NCBI GenBank assembly: GCA_021798415.1
Contig: JAJZGO010000001.1
Coordinates: 11,982-75,981, forward strand
DNA from: Thermoplasmata archaeon
GTDB lineage: Archaea > Thermoplasmatota > Thermoplasmata > Lutacidiplasmatales > UBA184
Direction of reading: 5' to 3'
DNA: 64,000 nucleotides
Shown: positions 35,415 to 44,513 of the stretch, piece by piece
Layout of the letters: the number at the start of each line of letters is the position of its first letter
Numbering within the stretch: position 1 is the stretch's first letter
Made by a program: the position numbers and the translations under genes
The notes under the pieces: model-generated
Told to the model about the DNA's origin: nothing
Seen by the model: the letters and a program-made list of their open reading frames with translations, nothing else
Database searches by the model: none

Positions 35415-35894
35415 TCACCGGGGCCCGTGGCCCTTCGCACCGGGGTCGTGGAGTTCCCGGCCCACCGCCTGCACGACGTCGACGGGAAGGTGGGCGTCGA
35501 ACCACGGGTAGACCGACTCTTCCTCGCGAGTGTTGTGGGCCCAGAGAACGTTGACGAGCTCCGATTCGAGGTCCTCGGTCGGCCGAGGGCCCGAGTCCAG
35601 CCGGTCGCGGATCCGCTGCAACACGTCCTCGATCCGTCGGTGCTCGTCGAGCATCAACTCCACCAGAAGCCGGCGGGAGGAGTCCCCTTCCCCGAAGGGG
35701 GGAAAGAGGAGGCGCTCCTCGACGACGATGTGGCGATGCAGTTCGGTCGCGAACCCGTCGAACCGTTCGCGGCGTTCGTCCATGTTGGAGGCGGGAGTCG
35801 CTTGGAACTCCTCGAACTTCCGGTCGAGCTCCCGGTGGTCGCCCGACAGCAGTTGGGACGGGGACTCGACAGGGCCGTTCACCGGTGTCTCCAT
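35415..35894 (-). CDS. hemerythrin (HHE cation-binding) domain protein
   Basis: HRELDRKFEEF, LHRHIVVEERLLFP, LDEHRRIE, WAHNTREEESVYPW: the repeated H...E(E) hemerythrin pattern. Confidence 0.8.
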   Translation of the reverse strand: METPVNGPVESPSQLLSGDHRELDRKFEEFQATPASNMDERRERFDGFATELHRHIVVEERLLFPPFGEGDSSRRLLVELMLDEHRRIEDVLQRIRDRLDSGPRPTEDLESELVNVLWAHNTREEESVYPWFDAHLPVDVVQAVGRELHDPGAKGHGPR

Positions 35895-37147
35895 CGATCT
35901 CGAATGACCCGGAGGTCACCGCTGGTCATTCCCGGCAAGGGATTGATCCGAGGATAAAGGACCGGTACGGTACCGACGCCCCAAGTGATGGCCACTCCCA
36001 AAAGGAGGGCCCCGGCCAACGGAGACAGCCATCCGACGTGCGGCCATCCCCCGACGCCCGCCGTAACGGCCGCGACGACCCCGAGGACCCAGGCCGCAGC
36101 GAGGACCCCGAGCATCCGTCGGGTCCAAGCATGCGAGATCCGCTGGAACGGAGCGACCATTCCGAACCACATGAACAGGATCGTCAGCCCCACGAACCCG
36201 AGAACGTTGACGAGCGCGTGGGCGACGACGAGGGCGTAGTCCGACTCGGAGACCATCCAGAGACCGATCGCTCCGCCGATCAGGAACAGCGTGACGCTCG
36301 TCAAGTGAAGGCCGGCCTCGGGGCGGGGGGTCCGCGCCCGGTGGACGAGGACGATCAGGACAGTGACGAAGAGGACCGCGAACGCCGCCTCGGGCGCGGC
36401 GAAGAGGGCGAGGTCGGCGGCCGAAGTCGGTGGGAGCGCGAGCATCCCGAGGGGGACGAGCCACGCCCCGGAGATCGCGAGGGCGACGAGGGTGTAGACC
36501 ACCGGACGCGAAACGTCCGCGTCGAGCGACCGGGGCACGAGGCGAAGGCTGACCGCCGTGACGAGGAGAATCGCGTGGCCGAGGACGAACAGGTGCACGG
36601 CCGCGAGCCACCAACCGAACCCCGGCCCGCCGGTGAATCCGGAAAGCACGAACAAGCCTCCCGAACCCGCGGCCGCGGTCCATGACGCGAGGAAGAGGGG
36701 GACCGTAACGGCGTCCCCCGGCCGCGCGTCGGGGCCGCGTATCAGCAGCTGGGGCTGGGAGAGTTGGCGTGCGAAGAGACCCAGGATGGTCCCCTCGCAC
36801 GCCAGGAAGAGAAGCGCCCCGAGCACGACCATCCCCCGGGAGAACGGCGCCGGGGCCACGTTGGAAAGGCCCACCGCTCCGAGGGCGAGAGCCCCCTCGG
36901 CGAGGAGGAACGTCCCCTGTGCGACCCAACGCGGCGGTTGGGGGCGTCGGGAGATCGTCGGAAAGAGGTGGAGGGCGAACCCGGCGGTGGTGAATCCGAT
37001 GAAACCGATCAGCAGGAGCCAGACGAGAAGGTCCCAGCGTTCGGTAAGCGCCCCCACGTACGAGCCCAGGAGCAGCACCGTGCCTGCGGCGGCAAGGTGC
37101 ACCAGCGCCGCGGTCAGGAACTGACGGGAAACGGCGGAAAACGGCAC
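35879..37147 (-). CDS. polytopic membrane protein (>=10 TM) with conserved-looking intramembrane His; function unknown
   Basis: Continuous TM helices with FALHLFPT, AVHLFVLGHAILL and VVAHALVNVLGF. It overlaps the hemerythrin gene by 16 nt. Start is uncertain (GTG 37147 used; the track ORF extends to 37306 through an Arg/Gly-rich leader). Confidence 0.6.
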   Translation of the reverse strand: MPFSAVSRQFLTAALVHLAAAGTVLLLGSYVGALTERWDLLVWLLLIGFIGFTTAGFALHLFPTISRRPQPPRWVAQGTFLLAEGALALGAVGLSNVAPAPFSRGMVVLGALLFLACEGTILGLFARQLSQPQLLIRGPDARPGDAVTVPLFLASWTAAAGSGGLFVLSGFTGGPGFGWWLAAVHLFVLGHAILLVTAVSLRLVPRSLDADVSRPVVYTLVALAISGAWLVPLGMLALPPTSAADLALFAAPEAAFAVLFVTVLIVLVHRARTPRPEAGLHLTSVTLFLIGGAIGLWMVSESDYALVVAHALVNVLGFVGLTILFMWFGMVAPFQRISHAWTRRMLGVLAAAWVLGVVAAVTAGVGGWPHVGWLSPLAGALLLGVAITWGVGTVPVLYPRINPLPGMTSGDLRVIRDRWRHR

Positions 37148-37386
37148 GGGTCGCCGGATGCCTCCGGACCTATAGTCTCCGCGATGCCCGCTCCTCGCGC
37201 CCTCGGACCGACCGCCCGTGCTCGGGCTCGGCCCCGGCCCGGCCCCGGGAACGAGACCGCGGAGACGCTCGGGAGGCTCTCGGCGGCTCCTCCGGCGACC
37301 CACCAATCACCGGAGTGGTGGGTCGGCGAGCTGGCCGTAGAACCCGGAAGTCGGCAAGGAGCCGTTGCCAGGTCGAAGAGGTAGTA

Positions 37387-37460
37387 CGGGCCCGCCGGGA
37401 TTCGAACCCGGGTTTGAGGCTCCGGAGGCCTCCGTGATGTCCAAGCTATACTACGGGCCC
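37387..37460 (-). tRNA. tRNA-Arg (CCG), with an unusually weak D-stem
   Basis: rc: GGGCCCG-UA-GUAU-AGCUUGGACA-UCAC-G-GAGGC-CUCCGGA-GCCUC-AAAC-CCGGG-UUCGAAU-CCCGG-CGGGCCC-G. The acceptor, anticodon and T arms are perfect. The D-stem has only two Watson-Crick pairs. Confidence 0.75.
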
Positions 37461-37778
37461 AAGGTGGGTGCCCCGTCGCGAGCGACGGGCGGGTAAGGAC
37501 TTTTCGGCGTTCGCCCGCCGCTCGGCCGGCCCCGAGGTCGGGCCGGGCTGAGCGAAGGGTCTTAGCCCCCACCGGGCGTCCGCAGCTGGGGCGGACCGGG
37601 TCCGTGCCCCCGTCAGGAGACGACGACCACGACCGCGGAATCTCGCGAGGAGACGACCCTCGACGACGGCGGCGCGGAGCGCCCCCGCCCTCTCGACGCG
37701 TTGCGACGGTGGTTCGGCGACCGTCAGGCGTGCGCCGAGCCGACCGTCTCCCACGTTCCCGGCGCACGGGGGGGCCGC

Positions 37779-38099
37779 GTGACGTCCCTATCGGGGCTCT
37801 CCGCGACCAGGTTCATCGAAGAGAACGACCGCGTGGCGGTCGACCTGTGGGCCGGCTGGTGCCGCCCGTGCCGTACGTTCTCCCCGATCGTCGAAGGCGT
37901 GGCGAAGCAGTTCGTCGACCGGGTGGCGTTCGGTAAAGTGAACGTCGAGCGGGACCCGACGCTCGCCGAGCGCTGGCAGGTCCGCAGCATCCCGACCGTT
38001 CTCCTTTTCCGCGAGGGTCGGCCGGTCGGCCGGCTCACCGGGGTGCGTTCGGCCGACGCGCTCGAACGAGAGGTCCGACGCGGGCTCAAGGTCCGCTAG
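37779..38099 (+). CDS. trxA: thioredoxin
   Basis: VDLWAGWCRPCRTFSPIVE...VNVERDPTLAERWQVRSIPTVLLF: WCxPC active site. GTG 37779 gives the normal N-terminal length (the track ORF starts at TTG 37701). Confidence 0.85.
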   Translation: MTSLSGLSATRFIEENDRVAVDLWAGWCRPCRTFSPIVEGVAKQFVDRVAFGKVNVERDPTLAERWQVRSIPTVLLFREGRPVGRLTGVRSADALEREVRRGLKVR

Positions 38100-38139
38100 G
38101 GTCCGTCGGCGGTCGCGGCCGTCCGCTCGGGACCACGGG

Positions 38140-38334
38140 TTACGCGGCGGCGGCCTTCCCCTTGGCCTTCGCGGGCGGGGGTGCCTTCGACTCGGAGTAT
38201 CCGCAGCGGCCGCAGGAGCGGCGGTCCTTGTGCTCGGCGAGGAACGTGCCGGGCCCGCACTTGGGACAGGACTTGTGGGTGCGCGCGAGCGTGTCCCCTT
38301 TCGTGTCGTAGAGACCGACGCGCGCCTTGGCCAT
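38140..38334 (-). CDS. rps27ae: 30S ribosomal protein S27ae
   Basis: [10 protein letters not shown]...[28 protein letters not shown] zinc ribbon, with a Lys/Ala/Pro tail. Confidence 0.9.
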   Translation of the reverse strand: MAKARVGLYDTKGDTLARTHKSCPKCGPGTFLAEHKDRRSCGRCGYSESKAPPPAKAKGKAAAA

Positions 38335-38339
38335 CGGGC

Positions 38340-38711
38340 TCACTCCTTCTTCGCGGCCGCGGGAGCGGGCGAGGGGGCGGGCGCGGGGGCCTCGGCCGGT
38401 GGGGCGGGCGCCGCACCCTTCGCGACCTTCTCCTTCAGGCCGTTGCGCACGAGGATGTGCTCGCGGGCGATCGCCTTCGCGGCATCGACCGATTCGTAGA
38501 CGAGCGCATCGCCCCGCGTGACGGCCGTCCCGAAGCGGGCGTGCATCCGCTCGACGATCACCCGCTCCTTCGGAGCGCGGACGAGCTTCGAAAGCTCTCC
38601 GCGAACGGCGTCCCGGCTCGGCGTCGCGGCGGTCGCGTGAGCGACCTCGAACCGGTACTCGTGTCGCTTCAGGAGGGGGTTCGCCCGCTCCTCGAGGATC
38701 TTAACTTCCAT
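38340..38711 (-). CDS. rps24e: 30S ribosomal protein S24e
   Basis: [23 protein letters not shown]...HARFGT..., typical S24e, with an Ala/Pro-rich C-terminal extension. Confidence 0.9.
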   Translation of the reverse strand: MEVKILEERANPLLKRHEYRFEVAHATAATPSRDAVRGELSKLVRAPKERVIVERMHARFGTAVTRGDALVYESVDAAKAIAREHILVRNGLKEKVAKGAAPAPPAEAPAPAPSPAPAAAKKE

Positions 38712-39258
38712 GCCGGATTCTCCGCAGTACCATCAGGCTGATCAGGTGCCGTACGTGTTCCTTCGACACCGCGTCGACGCGCACGAAGGAGACCCCCTCA
38801 CCCGGAATGCCGTATATAACGGTGGCCCCGGCGGGGAGCGACTCGATCAGCGCGAGCGACCCCAGATCCTCCTCGCCGTCGACCTCGATGAGGCCGCCCC
38901 CCTCCGCGATCAGTTCCTTGACCGCGACGCGCAGGCCCTCGGTCAGGCACCCCGGGGGGTTCGAGACCCGAACGCGCCGGCGGGCGGCGAGCGACCGGAA
39001 GAGCTCCGGAGCGACCGGTTCGCGGCGGCGGGTCTTGTAGTCGACGATCCCCAGGAGCGGGGGGTGCCCGAGCTCGATCGCCCGAGCGGTCACGCGGTCG
39101 CCGCAGGTCGCGAAGAGCCCGAGGGCGCGGATCCGCCGGTCGGCCTCGTCACCGGCGTAGACGGGCCCATACTTCTCGGCGAGCGTCGGGCGCAGTGACT
39201 CCGGGACGGCCCACGCCCGTTCGTCACTTGACGCGGAGCGCGTACCGACCCGCGGCAT
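38701..39258 (-). CDS. GTP-dependent dephospho-CoA kinase (DUF359 family)
   Basis: CGDRVTARAIELGHPPLLGIVDYKTRR...VSNPPG...IEVDGEEDL, in the canonical archaeal position between spt4 and rps24e. ATG 39258 overlaps the spt4 3' end by 35 nt. Confidence 0.8.
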   Translation of the reverse strand: MPRVGTRSASSDERAWAVPESLRPTLAEKYGPVYAGDEADRRIRALGLFATCGDRVTARAIELGHPPLLGIVDYKTRRREPVAPELFRSLAARRRVRVSNPPGCLTEGLRVAVKELIAEGGGLIEVDGEEDLGSLALIESLPAGATVIYGIPGEGVSFVRVDAVSKEHVRHLISLMVLRRIRHGS

Positions 39259-39409
39259 GGATCCCCATCTTGCGCGCGATCTCCGACTTCTCGGGATCGA
39301 TGACGACGAGGTACCCCTGCCACTCGCGCGAGACCTCGCCACCGCAGCGCGGGCACTTCGCCTGGTCGGTGACCGACCGGCAGTTCTTGCACGCCTTGAG
39401 GTTGATCAT
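39224..39409 (-). CDS. spt4: transcription elongation factor Spt4 (RpoE'')
   Basis: MINLKACKNCRSVTDQAKCPRCGGEVSREWQGYLVVIDPEKSEIARKMGI: the four-Cys Spt4 fold, 61 aa. Confidence 0.9.
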   Translation of the reverse strand: MINLKACKNCRSVTDQAKCPRCGGEVSREWQGYLVVIDPEKSEIARKMGIHAAGRYALRVK

Positions 39410-39420
39410 CGTGCGTCCGT

Positions 39421-40059
39421 TCACCCCGCGGCCGGGGCTCCCTTCTCGGCCTTCTTCGCGGGCGCCGTCTTCTTCGGTGCCGCGGCGGGCTTCTTGCCGC
39501 CCTTGTCGTCCGTGCGTCGGTGGGTCTCGACGATCCACTCGAACCGTCCGAGGGCGGGTTGGCGCATCGTGAGGCCAATACGGCTGTCGCGCGGGCTGAT
39601 CTCGGAGAGCGAGAGCGAAACGACCCGCGCCCGCACCTTGTAGCCGACCTTGAGGTCCTTCTTCGACTCGACGCCGACGAGACGCTGGTTGTGCTCGTCG
39701 ATGTTCACGCGGTCGTCCATGATCTGCGAGACATGCAAGAGCCCGTCGAGCGGACCGAACCGGACGAACGCCCCGAACTTGCGGATTTCGACCACCGCCC
39801 CCTCGACGACCTCCTGGATCTCGGGTCGGAACAGGAGCGCCTGGTACTCGACCTCCTGGTACACGCCGCCGTCGCCGTGGATGATGTGGCCTTCCCCCAG
39901 CGGGCGGACGTCGCGGATCGTCACCGCGAGGCTCTGGCCGTCGACCAGCTTGCCCTCGAACTGCTGTTGGGCGAGCTCGGTGAGGACGTTGTCGAGCTCG
40001 GGCCCGAGACGCGCGGGCGGGATCCGAACGACGTCCCGACGACGGTCGAGGTAGTACAT
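39421..40059 (-). CDS. rpo7: DNA-directed RNA polymerase subunit E' (Rpo7)
   Basis: MYYLDRRRDVVRIPP...GHIIHGDGGVYQEVEYQALLFRP...GAVVEIRKFGAFVRFGPLDGLLHVSQI (S1 domain). Lys/Ala/Pro tail. Confidence 0.9.
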   Translation of the reverse strand: MYYLDRRRDVVRIPPARLGPELDNVLTELAQQQFEGKLVDGQSLAVTIRDVRPLGEGHIIHGDGGVYQEVEYQALLFRPEIQEVVEGAVVEIRKFGAFVRFGPLDGLLHVSQIMDDRVNIDEHNQRLVGVESKKDLKVGYKVRARVVSLSLSEISPRDSRIGLTMRQPALGRFEWIVETHRRTDDKGGKKPAAAPKKTAPAKKAEKGAPAAG

Positions 40060-40099
40060 CCGCCGCGCGCGAGTGGGGGGGTGTATAAGATGGTTGGGG

Positions 40100-41059
40100 T
40101 CAGCGGTGGCGCGAGGCCGCCGCGGGTCGAGGCCGACCGTCGCGGACGGCCGCGACCACGAACCCATGGCCCGTCTCGAGGACCCCGGGCCGGCGGCCGA
40201 CCATCTCCTCGGTCCGAAGGAGGTTCTCCCACGTCGTCGGCTCCCGTCGCGCCGCCCGTGCGATGGCCTCCTGGAACGCTCCGATCGGCCCGACGGCCAT
40301 GCGGTCGAGAACCCGGAACCCCGCGCGTGCGAGCATCCGCCCGACCTCGGGGGCCGTGTGGAACCCGAACTCCCAGTTCGCCATCCGGTCCGGGGCATAC
40401 GGTTGGTGGCCGGTCGCGAGCACGCGGCGAACGAAGTACCGGTCCGGAGACCGCAGCACTCGGCGCAGGAACCGACGTTCCGCGCCCCGGACGAAGAACT
40501 CCTGGATGGCTGCGCCCGGCGAGGCGACATCGAGGAGGAGGCGGCCGTTCCGGGCCACCACCCGACCGAGCTCCGCGAGGAGGGCCGAAGTCTCGTGCGC
40601 GCTAAACCCGAGGATGTTGCCGTAGAGAACCGCCGCGCGGAACGAACGGTCGGGGAAGGGGAGACGCTCGCCGGCGCCCCGAACCCAGGCCACCCGATCG
40701 ACGCCGTTCCGACCGCGAAGCCGGCGGCGGGCCGAGCGGAGCATGGGGAGGCTCAGGTCGACGGCCGCGACGTGCCCTCCCGAACCGAGGATCTGCGGTG
40801 TGAATCGTCCGGGCCCGGGCCCGAGCTCGAGGACCCAGCCGGACCCGGACGGCAGGTGTCGGGCGAGGAACCGGCTCCGCAGCTCGCGGACGAGGACCCG
40901 TCGGGCCTCTCCACCGTAGCGGCGCCATTCCCGGCTCGGACTCGGGTCGAACTGGGCCCGTATCTGTCGGTGGCGTCGCGCGGCCCGGGAAGGAGAACGA
41001 GGCGTCCGGGCCGGCGCGGGCCGGCGGCGCGGTTTCGCAGCGGGGCGGCGGGACGGCAT
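40100..41059 (-). CDS. class I SAM-dependent methyltransferase
   Basis: WVLELGPGPGRFTPQILGSGGHVAAVDLSLPML (motif I/II). Arg-rich N-terminal leader. Start is ATG 41059 or GTG 41071. Confidence 0.7.
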   Translation of the reverse strand: MPSRRPAAKPRRRPAPARTPRSPSRAARRHRQIRAQFDPSPSREWRRYGGEARRVLVRELRSRFLARHLPSGSGWVLELGPGPGRFTPQILGSGGHVAAVDLSLPMLRSARRRLRGRNGVDRVAWVRGAGERLPFPDRSFRAAVLYGNILGFSAHETSALLAELGRVVARNGRLLLDVASPGAAIQEFFVRGAERRFLRRVLRSPDRYFVRRVLATGHQPYAPDRMANWEFGFHTAPEVGRMLARAGFRVLDRMAVGPIGAFQEAIARAARREPTTWENLLRTEEMVGRRPGVLETGHGFVVAAVRDGRPRPAAASRHR

Positions 41060-41092
41060 GGACCCGAGCACCTCGGAGGTCCCGGGGCGAGG

Positions 41093-42112
41093 CTACGGGC
41101 CGAGGCCGAGGGACCGGTCGGTCAGGGCCACCGAGCTTGGCCCGTCCCGCGCGAGGTCGAACATCGCCCGGATCGCGTCGATGTTCTCGGGGACGACGAT
41201 CGATTCCTGGTGGATCGCCTGGAAGAAGTAGAGGTCCCGGCCGTCGAGCCGCACCCCCGCCTCCCACAGGACGTTCTCCATCATGTCGTTGAACCCGAGC
41301 CCACGGTCGCGCGCGTACTCCATCACCTGGGGGGTCCCGTCCACGTGCTCCCACGCCGCGAACACGCGGAACCGGGGCGTCCGCCGGAACATCTCCAGGA
41401 CCTCCCGGGCGCTCGCGGGCGCTCGCGTCAGGCGGACGTGGTTGACGTGCACGTGCATGAGGGTGGTCGGGACGACGAGGGCGGTGGTCGCGATCGAGAG
41501 GTCGGGGTAGATCGTCTGCACGTCGGGCCCGTGGTGGGACGGGAGGTGGAACGTGGGCAGGATGCCGTTGATCGGGCCCTTCTTCGACTCGGCGGGGTCC
41601 GCGCCCCGGCGAACGAGCGTCGCCTCCCAGTGGTCGACCCCCCAGTTCGACCGGAGGACGGACGCCGCCCGTACGAGGCCCGTGGTGTTGCACGAGACGA
41701 CCCGCAGCGAGCGCTTTCCGCGACCTGCGTCGTAGTTGCCGAGGGCGCTGAACGACGCTTCGGCGACGTCCGATTTCTCGCCGCCTTGGAAAATGGCCCG
41801 GATGCCCCGGGCGTCGTAGAGCGACCGATTCTCCCGGCCGACCTTCTCGGGGGCGGCGTCGACCACCACGTCGACCTTCGCGAGGAGGTCGGAGAGGGTC
41901 CCCGCGATCGGAAGGCCCGCGCCGGCGAACTCGGCGAGGGCGCCGTCGCCGGCGACGTAGAGCGGGTGGCCCTTCTCCGCGGCCCGACGCGCCTCGAAGC
42001 TCGGTCGCGTCTTCGTCACCCCGACGAGCTCCATGTCGGGCTGCCGCGAGACCGCTTCCGCGACGCGCTTGCCGATCGTTCCGTAGCCGTTGACCGCGAC
42101 CCGAACCTTCAC
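41093..42112 (-). CDS. gap: type II (archaeal) glyceraldehyde-3-phosphate dehydrogenase
   Basis: VKVRVAVNGYGTIGKRVAEAV...VVSCNTTGL...LPSHHGPDV...MHVHVNHV. GTG 42112. Only the last 339 codons of the 994-aa track ORF belong to this gene. Confidence 0.9.
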   Translation of the reverse strand: MKVRVAVNGYGTIGKRVAEAVSRQPDMELVGVTKTRPSFEARRAAEKGHPLYVAGDGALAEFAGAGLPIAGTLSDLLAKVDVVVDAAPEKVGRENRSLYDARGIRAIFQGGEKSDVAEASFSALGNYDAGRGKRSLRVVSCNTTGLVRAASVLRSNWGVDHWEATLVRRGADPAESKKGPINGILPTFHLPSHHGPDVQTIYPDLSIATTALVVPTTLMHVHVNHVRLTRAPASAREVLEMFRRTPRFRVFAAWEHVDGTPQVMEYARDRGLGFNDMMENVLWEAGVRLDGRDLYFFQAIHQESIVVPENIDAIRAMFDLARDGPSSVALTDRSLGLGP

Positions 42113-42226
42113 CGGCCGTCCCCCGTACGTCGGAGCCGTGCCGGGGATAAAGACGTTCCCCGGTGCTCCGTCCGACGCGCCCCGGAGATAGGCTAATCTC
42201 CCGGCGGGCCTCGAGAGCCGGCACCG

Positions 42227-43417
42227 ATGGATTTCCGGTTGTCGGACGAGGAAGAGGCGTTCCAGGCCGCGGTCCGGCGCTTCGGGGACAAGGTGCTGCG
42301 GCCGCACGAGAGGGAGATCGACACCGAGGGCCGTATTCCCGCCGAGGTCCTGCGCGCGATGGCCGACCTCGGCCTCCTCGCGATGCCCGTCCCCGCGGAG
42401 TACGGCGGGATGGGAGCGTCCGCGGTCCTCACGGAGCTCGCCGCGGAGGAGATCGGGCGCGGCGACTTCTCGATGGCCACGGCGGTCTTCTTCCTTCTCG
42501 AAGCGGGATGGGGATACGTGCTGAGCCGGCACGGGACCGAGGAGGCGAAGCGCGAAGTGCTGCCGCCCGTCTGCGCCGGCCAAGCGTTCCTCGGCGTCGC
42601 CACGACCGAGCCGACCGGGGGGAGCGACCTCGCGAACCTGCGCACGCGCTCGCACCGGGACGGAGGTGCGTTCGTCCTCCACGGTGAGAAGGCGTTCGTC
42701 TCGGGCGTCGAGGAGGCGAAGACGCTCGGAGGTGGTCACTTGACGCTCGCGAAGTCGGCGACCGGTGGGTTCGACCTGCTCTACGTCCCGACGCGCACGG
42801 ACGGCATCTCCACCCAGCGGTTCCACAACATGGGCCGCATGGGGATCTCGACCGGCGGACTCACGTACCAGGACGCGCGGGTCCCGGCCAAGTACCTCCT
42901 CGGGACGGAGGGACACGGCTTCGGCTGCGCGATGGAAGGGTTCACGGTCGCCCGGACGTTCGTGAGCGCCGCGTGCATCGGCGCGGCGGAGCGGGCGCTC
43001 GAGACCGGCATGGCGTACATCCGGGAGCGGAAGGCGTTCGGCCAGCCGCTCGGGAAGTTCGAGGGGATCCAGTTCGAGCTGGTCGACCTCTGGACGCAGG
43101 TCGAGGCGGTGAAGTGGCAATGCCGTCGGGCCGCGTGGCTGCTCGACTCCTACACGTTGAAGGGGGACGACTCGCACCGCTCCGAGGTCGACCGCGCGGT
43201 CGCGTCGGTCAAGCTCACCGCGCCCCCGGTCGCGTTCGAGTGCGTGAAGCGCGTGATGATGTGGTTCGGGGCCGCCGGCTACACCAAGGACGTCGGCCTC
43301 GAGCTCGGCTTCCGCGGGATCATGTCGTACCTCGTCGGGGCGGAGGGCGGGCTCAACATCATGCGGATCATCCTCGGGCGCGAGCTCCTCGGCAAGGAGT
43401 TCGTCCCGTACAAGTGA
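42227..43417 (+). CDS. acyl-CoA dehydrogenase
   Basis: TEPTGGSDLANLRT, AARALETGMAYIRERKAFGQPLGKFEGIQFELVD, and IMSYLVGAEGGLNIMRIILGRELL. Confidence 0.9.
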   Translation: MDFRLSDEEEAFQAAVRRFGDKVLRPHEREIDTEGRIPAEVLRAMADLGLLAMPVPAEYGGMGASAVLTELAAEEIGRGDFSMATAVFFLLEAGWGYVLSRHGTEEAKREVLPPVCAGQAFLGVATTEPTGGSDLANLRTRSHRDGGAFVLHGEKAFVSGVEEAKTLGGGHLTLAKSATGGFDLLYVPTRTDGISTQRFHNMGRMGISTGGLTYQDARVPAKYLLGTEGHGFGCAMEGFTVARTFVSAACIGAAERALETGMAYIRERKAFGQPLGKFEGIQFELVDLWTQVEAVKWQCRRAAWLLDSYTLKGDDSHRSEVDRAVASVKLTAPPVAFECVKRVMMWFGAAGYTKDVGLELGFRGIMSYLVGAEGGLNIMRIILGRELLGKEFVPYK

Positions 43418-43424
43418 CCCCGCG

Positions 43425-44411
43425 ATGCCGGCGCTGAGGTCCGGCCGACCGACCCCGATCCGCGAGCGGGCGTTCCACGACTGGCTCGCCCGTCGCCTGC
43501 CGGCGGGGCGCGGCGGGCTCCTTCCGCTCGGCGACGACGCAGCGGCGGTCGAGCCTCCGGCTCGCTCGGTGGCGGTGCTCTCGACCGACTCGCTCGTCGA
43601 GGGGACCCACTTCCTCGCGGAGTCCCGGCCCGACCACGTGGGAAGCGCGGCGACGAACGTCAGCCTCTCCGACCTGGCGGCGAAGGGCGCCCGGCCCTCC
43701 GCGCTCCTGCTCGCGATCATCGTCCCGCCCGGGTCCCCGGCGTCGTGGGCCGAGGCCGTCGTCCGGGGCGCGGAGCGGGCCGCGCGGCGGTACGGCGCGC
43801 ACGTGGTCGGCGGCGACACCAAGCCCGGTCCGGTCCCGACCGTCGTCAGCACCGCGCTCGGGTGGGGGGATCCCCGACGGCTCGCCCCGCGCTCGGGGGC
43901 CCGCTCGGGAGACATCGTCGTCACCACCGGTACGGTCGGCCGGGGCGGCGTTGCGGCGGCGTCGCTCCGGCGGGGCGGGACGCCGTCCCGGGCGGACCTC
44001 GCCCGGCTGCTCGACGTGCGGCCGCGTGTCCGGGAAGGGATCGTTCTTTCCCGCTGGGCCCACGCGATGATCGACACTTCCGACGGACTCGCCGAAGCGG
44101 CCCGTCTCGTCGCCGCGGCGAGCCGGGTCCGCGTCGTGGTCGACGAGGACCGCCTCCCGCTCGCTCCCGGGGTGGCCCGGTCGGTCCGCTCCCGAGCGGG
44201 GCGGCGGGCTCTGGCCTTCTTCGGGGGCGACTACGAGCTCCTCGCGACGATCGCGCCGGGCGACCTCGGACGCGCCGTCCGCGCGGTCGCCCGGGTCGGC
44301 GGTCGCCTCACCGCGGTCGGTTCGGTCGCCTCCGGACGCGGCGCGTGGCTCGTCGCGGACGGCCGCCTCGAGCCGATGCCCGAACCCGGGTGGGCCCCCT
44401 TCGGTCGGTAG
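43425..44411 (+). CDS. thiL: thiamine-monophosphate kinase
   Basis: LGDDAAAV...LSTDSLVEGTHF...AATNVSLSDLAAKGARP...GGDT...DTSDGL (AIR-synthase-related fold, ThiL pattern). Confidence 0.85.
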   Translation: MPALRSGRPTPIRERAFHDWLARRLPAGRGGLLPLGDDAAAVEPPARSVAVLSTDSLVEGTHFLAESRPDHVGSAATNVSLSDLAAKGARPSALLLAIIVPPGSPASWAEAVVRGAERAARRYGAHVVGGDTKPGPVPTVVSTALGWGDPRRLAPRSGARSGDIVVTTGTVGRGGVAAASLRRGGTPSRADLARLLDVRPRVREGIVLSRWAHAMIDTSDGLAEAARLVAAASRVRVVVDEDRLPLAPGVARSVRSRAGRRALAFFGGDYELLATIAPGDLGRAVRAVARVGGRLTAVGSVASGRGAWLVADGRLEPMPEPGWAPFGR

Positions 44412-44513
44412 CCCGCCGAGAGTTTCGGCGGTGGGCCGCCGTGCGTCACCCTCACAGACTTCACGTTACTCTCAAGTAGGAGGGGCCGGCTTCTGGCGGG
44501 TACCCGAGGTGGC

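Noticed and set aside
38345-38420. GC-rich quasi-repetitive DNA (GCGGG/GGGGC units) that looks like a tandem repeat
   Set aside because: It is the coding sequence (minus strand) of the Ala/Pro-rich tail of S24e. It is treated under the tail finding rather than as a repeat element.
42113-44077. Upstream 655 codons of the 994-aa minus-strand ORF ending in GAPDH
   Set aside because: This part is antisense to the well-supported acyl-CoA dehydrogenase and thiL genes. GAPDH begins at the GTG encoding VKVRVAVNGYGTIGKRV.
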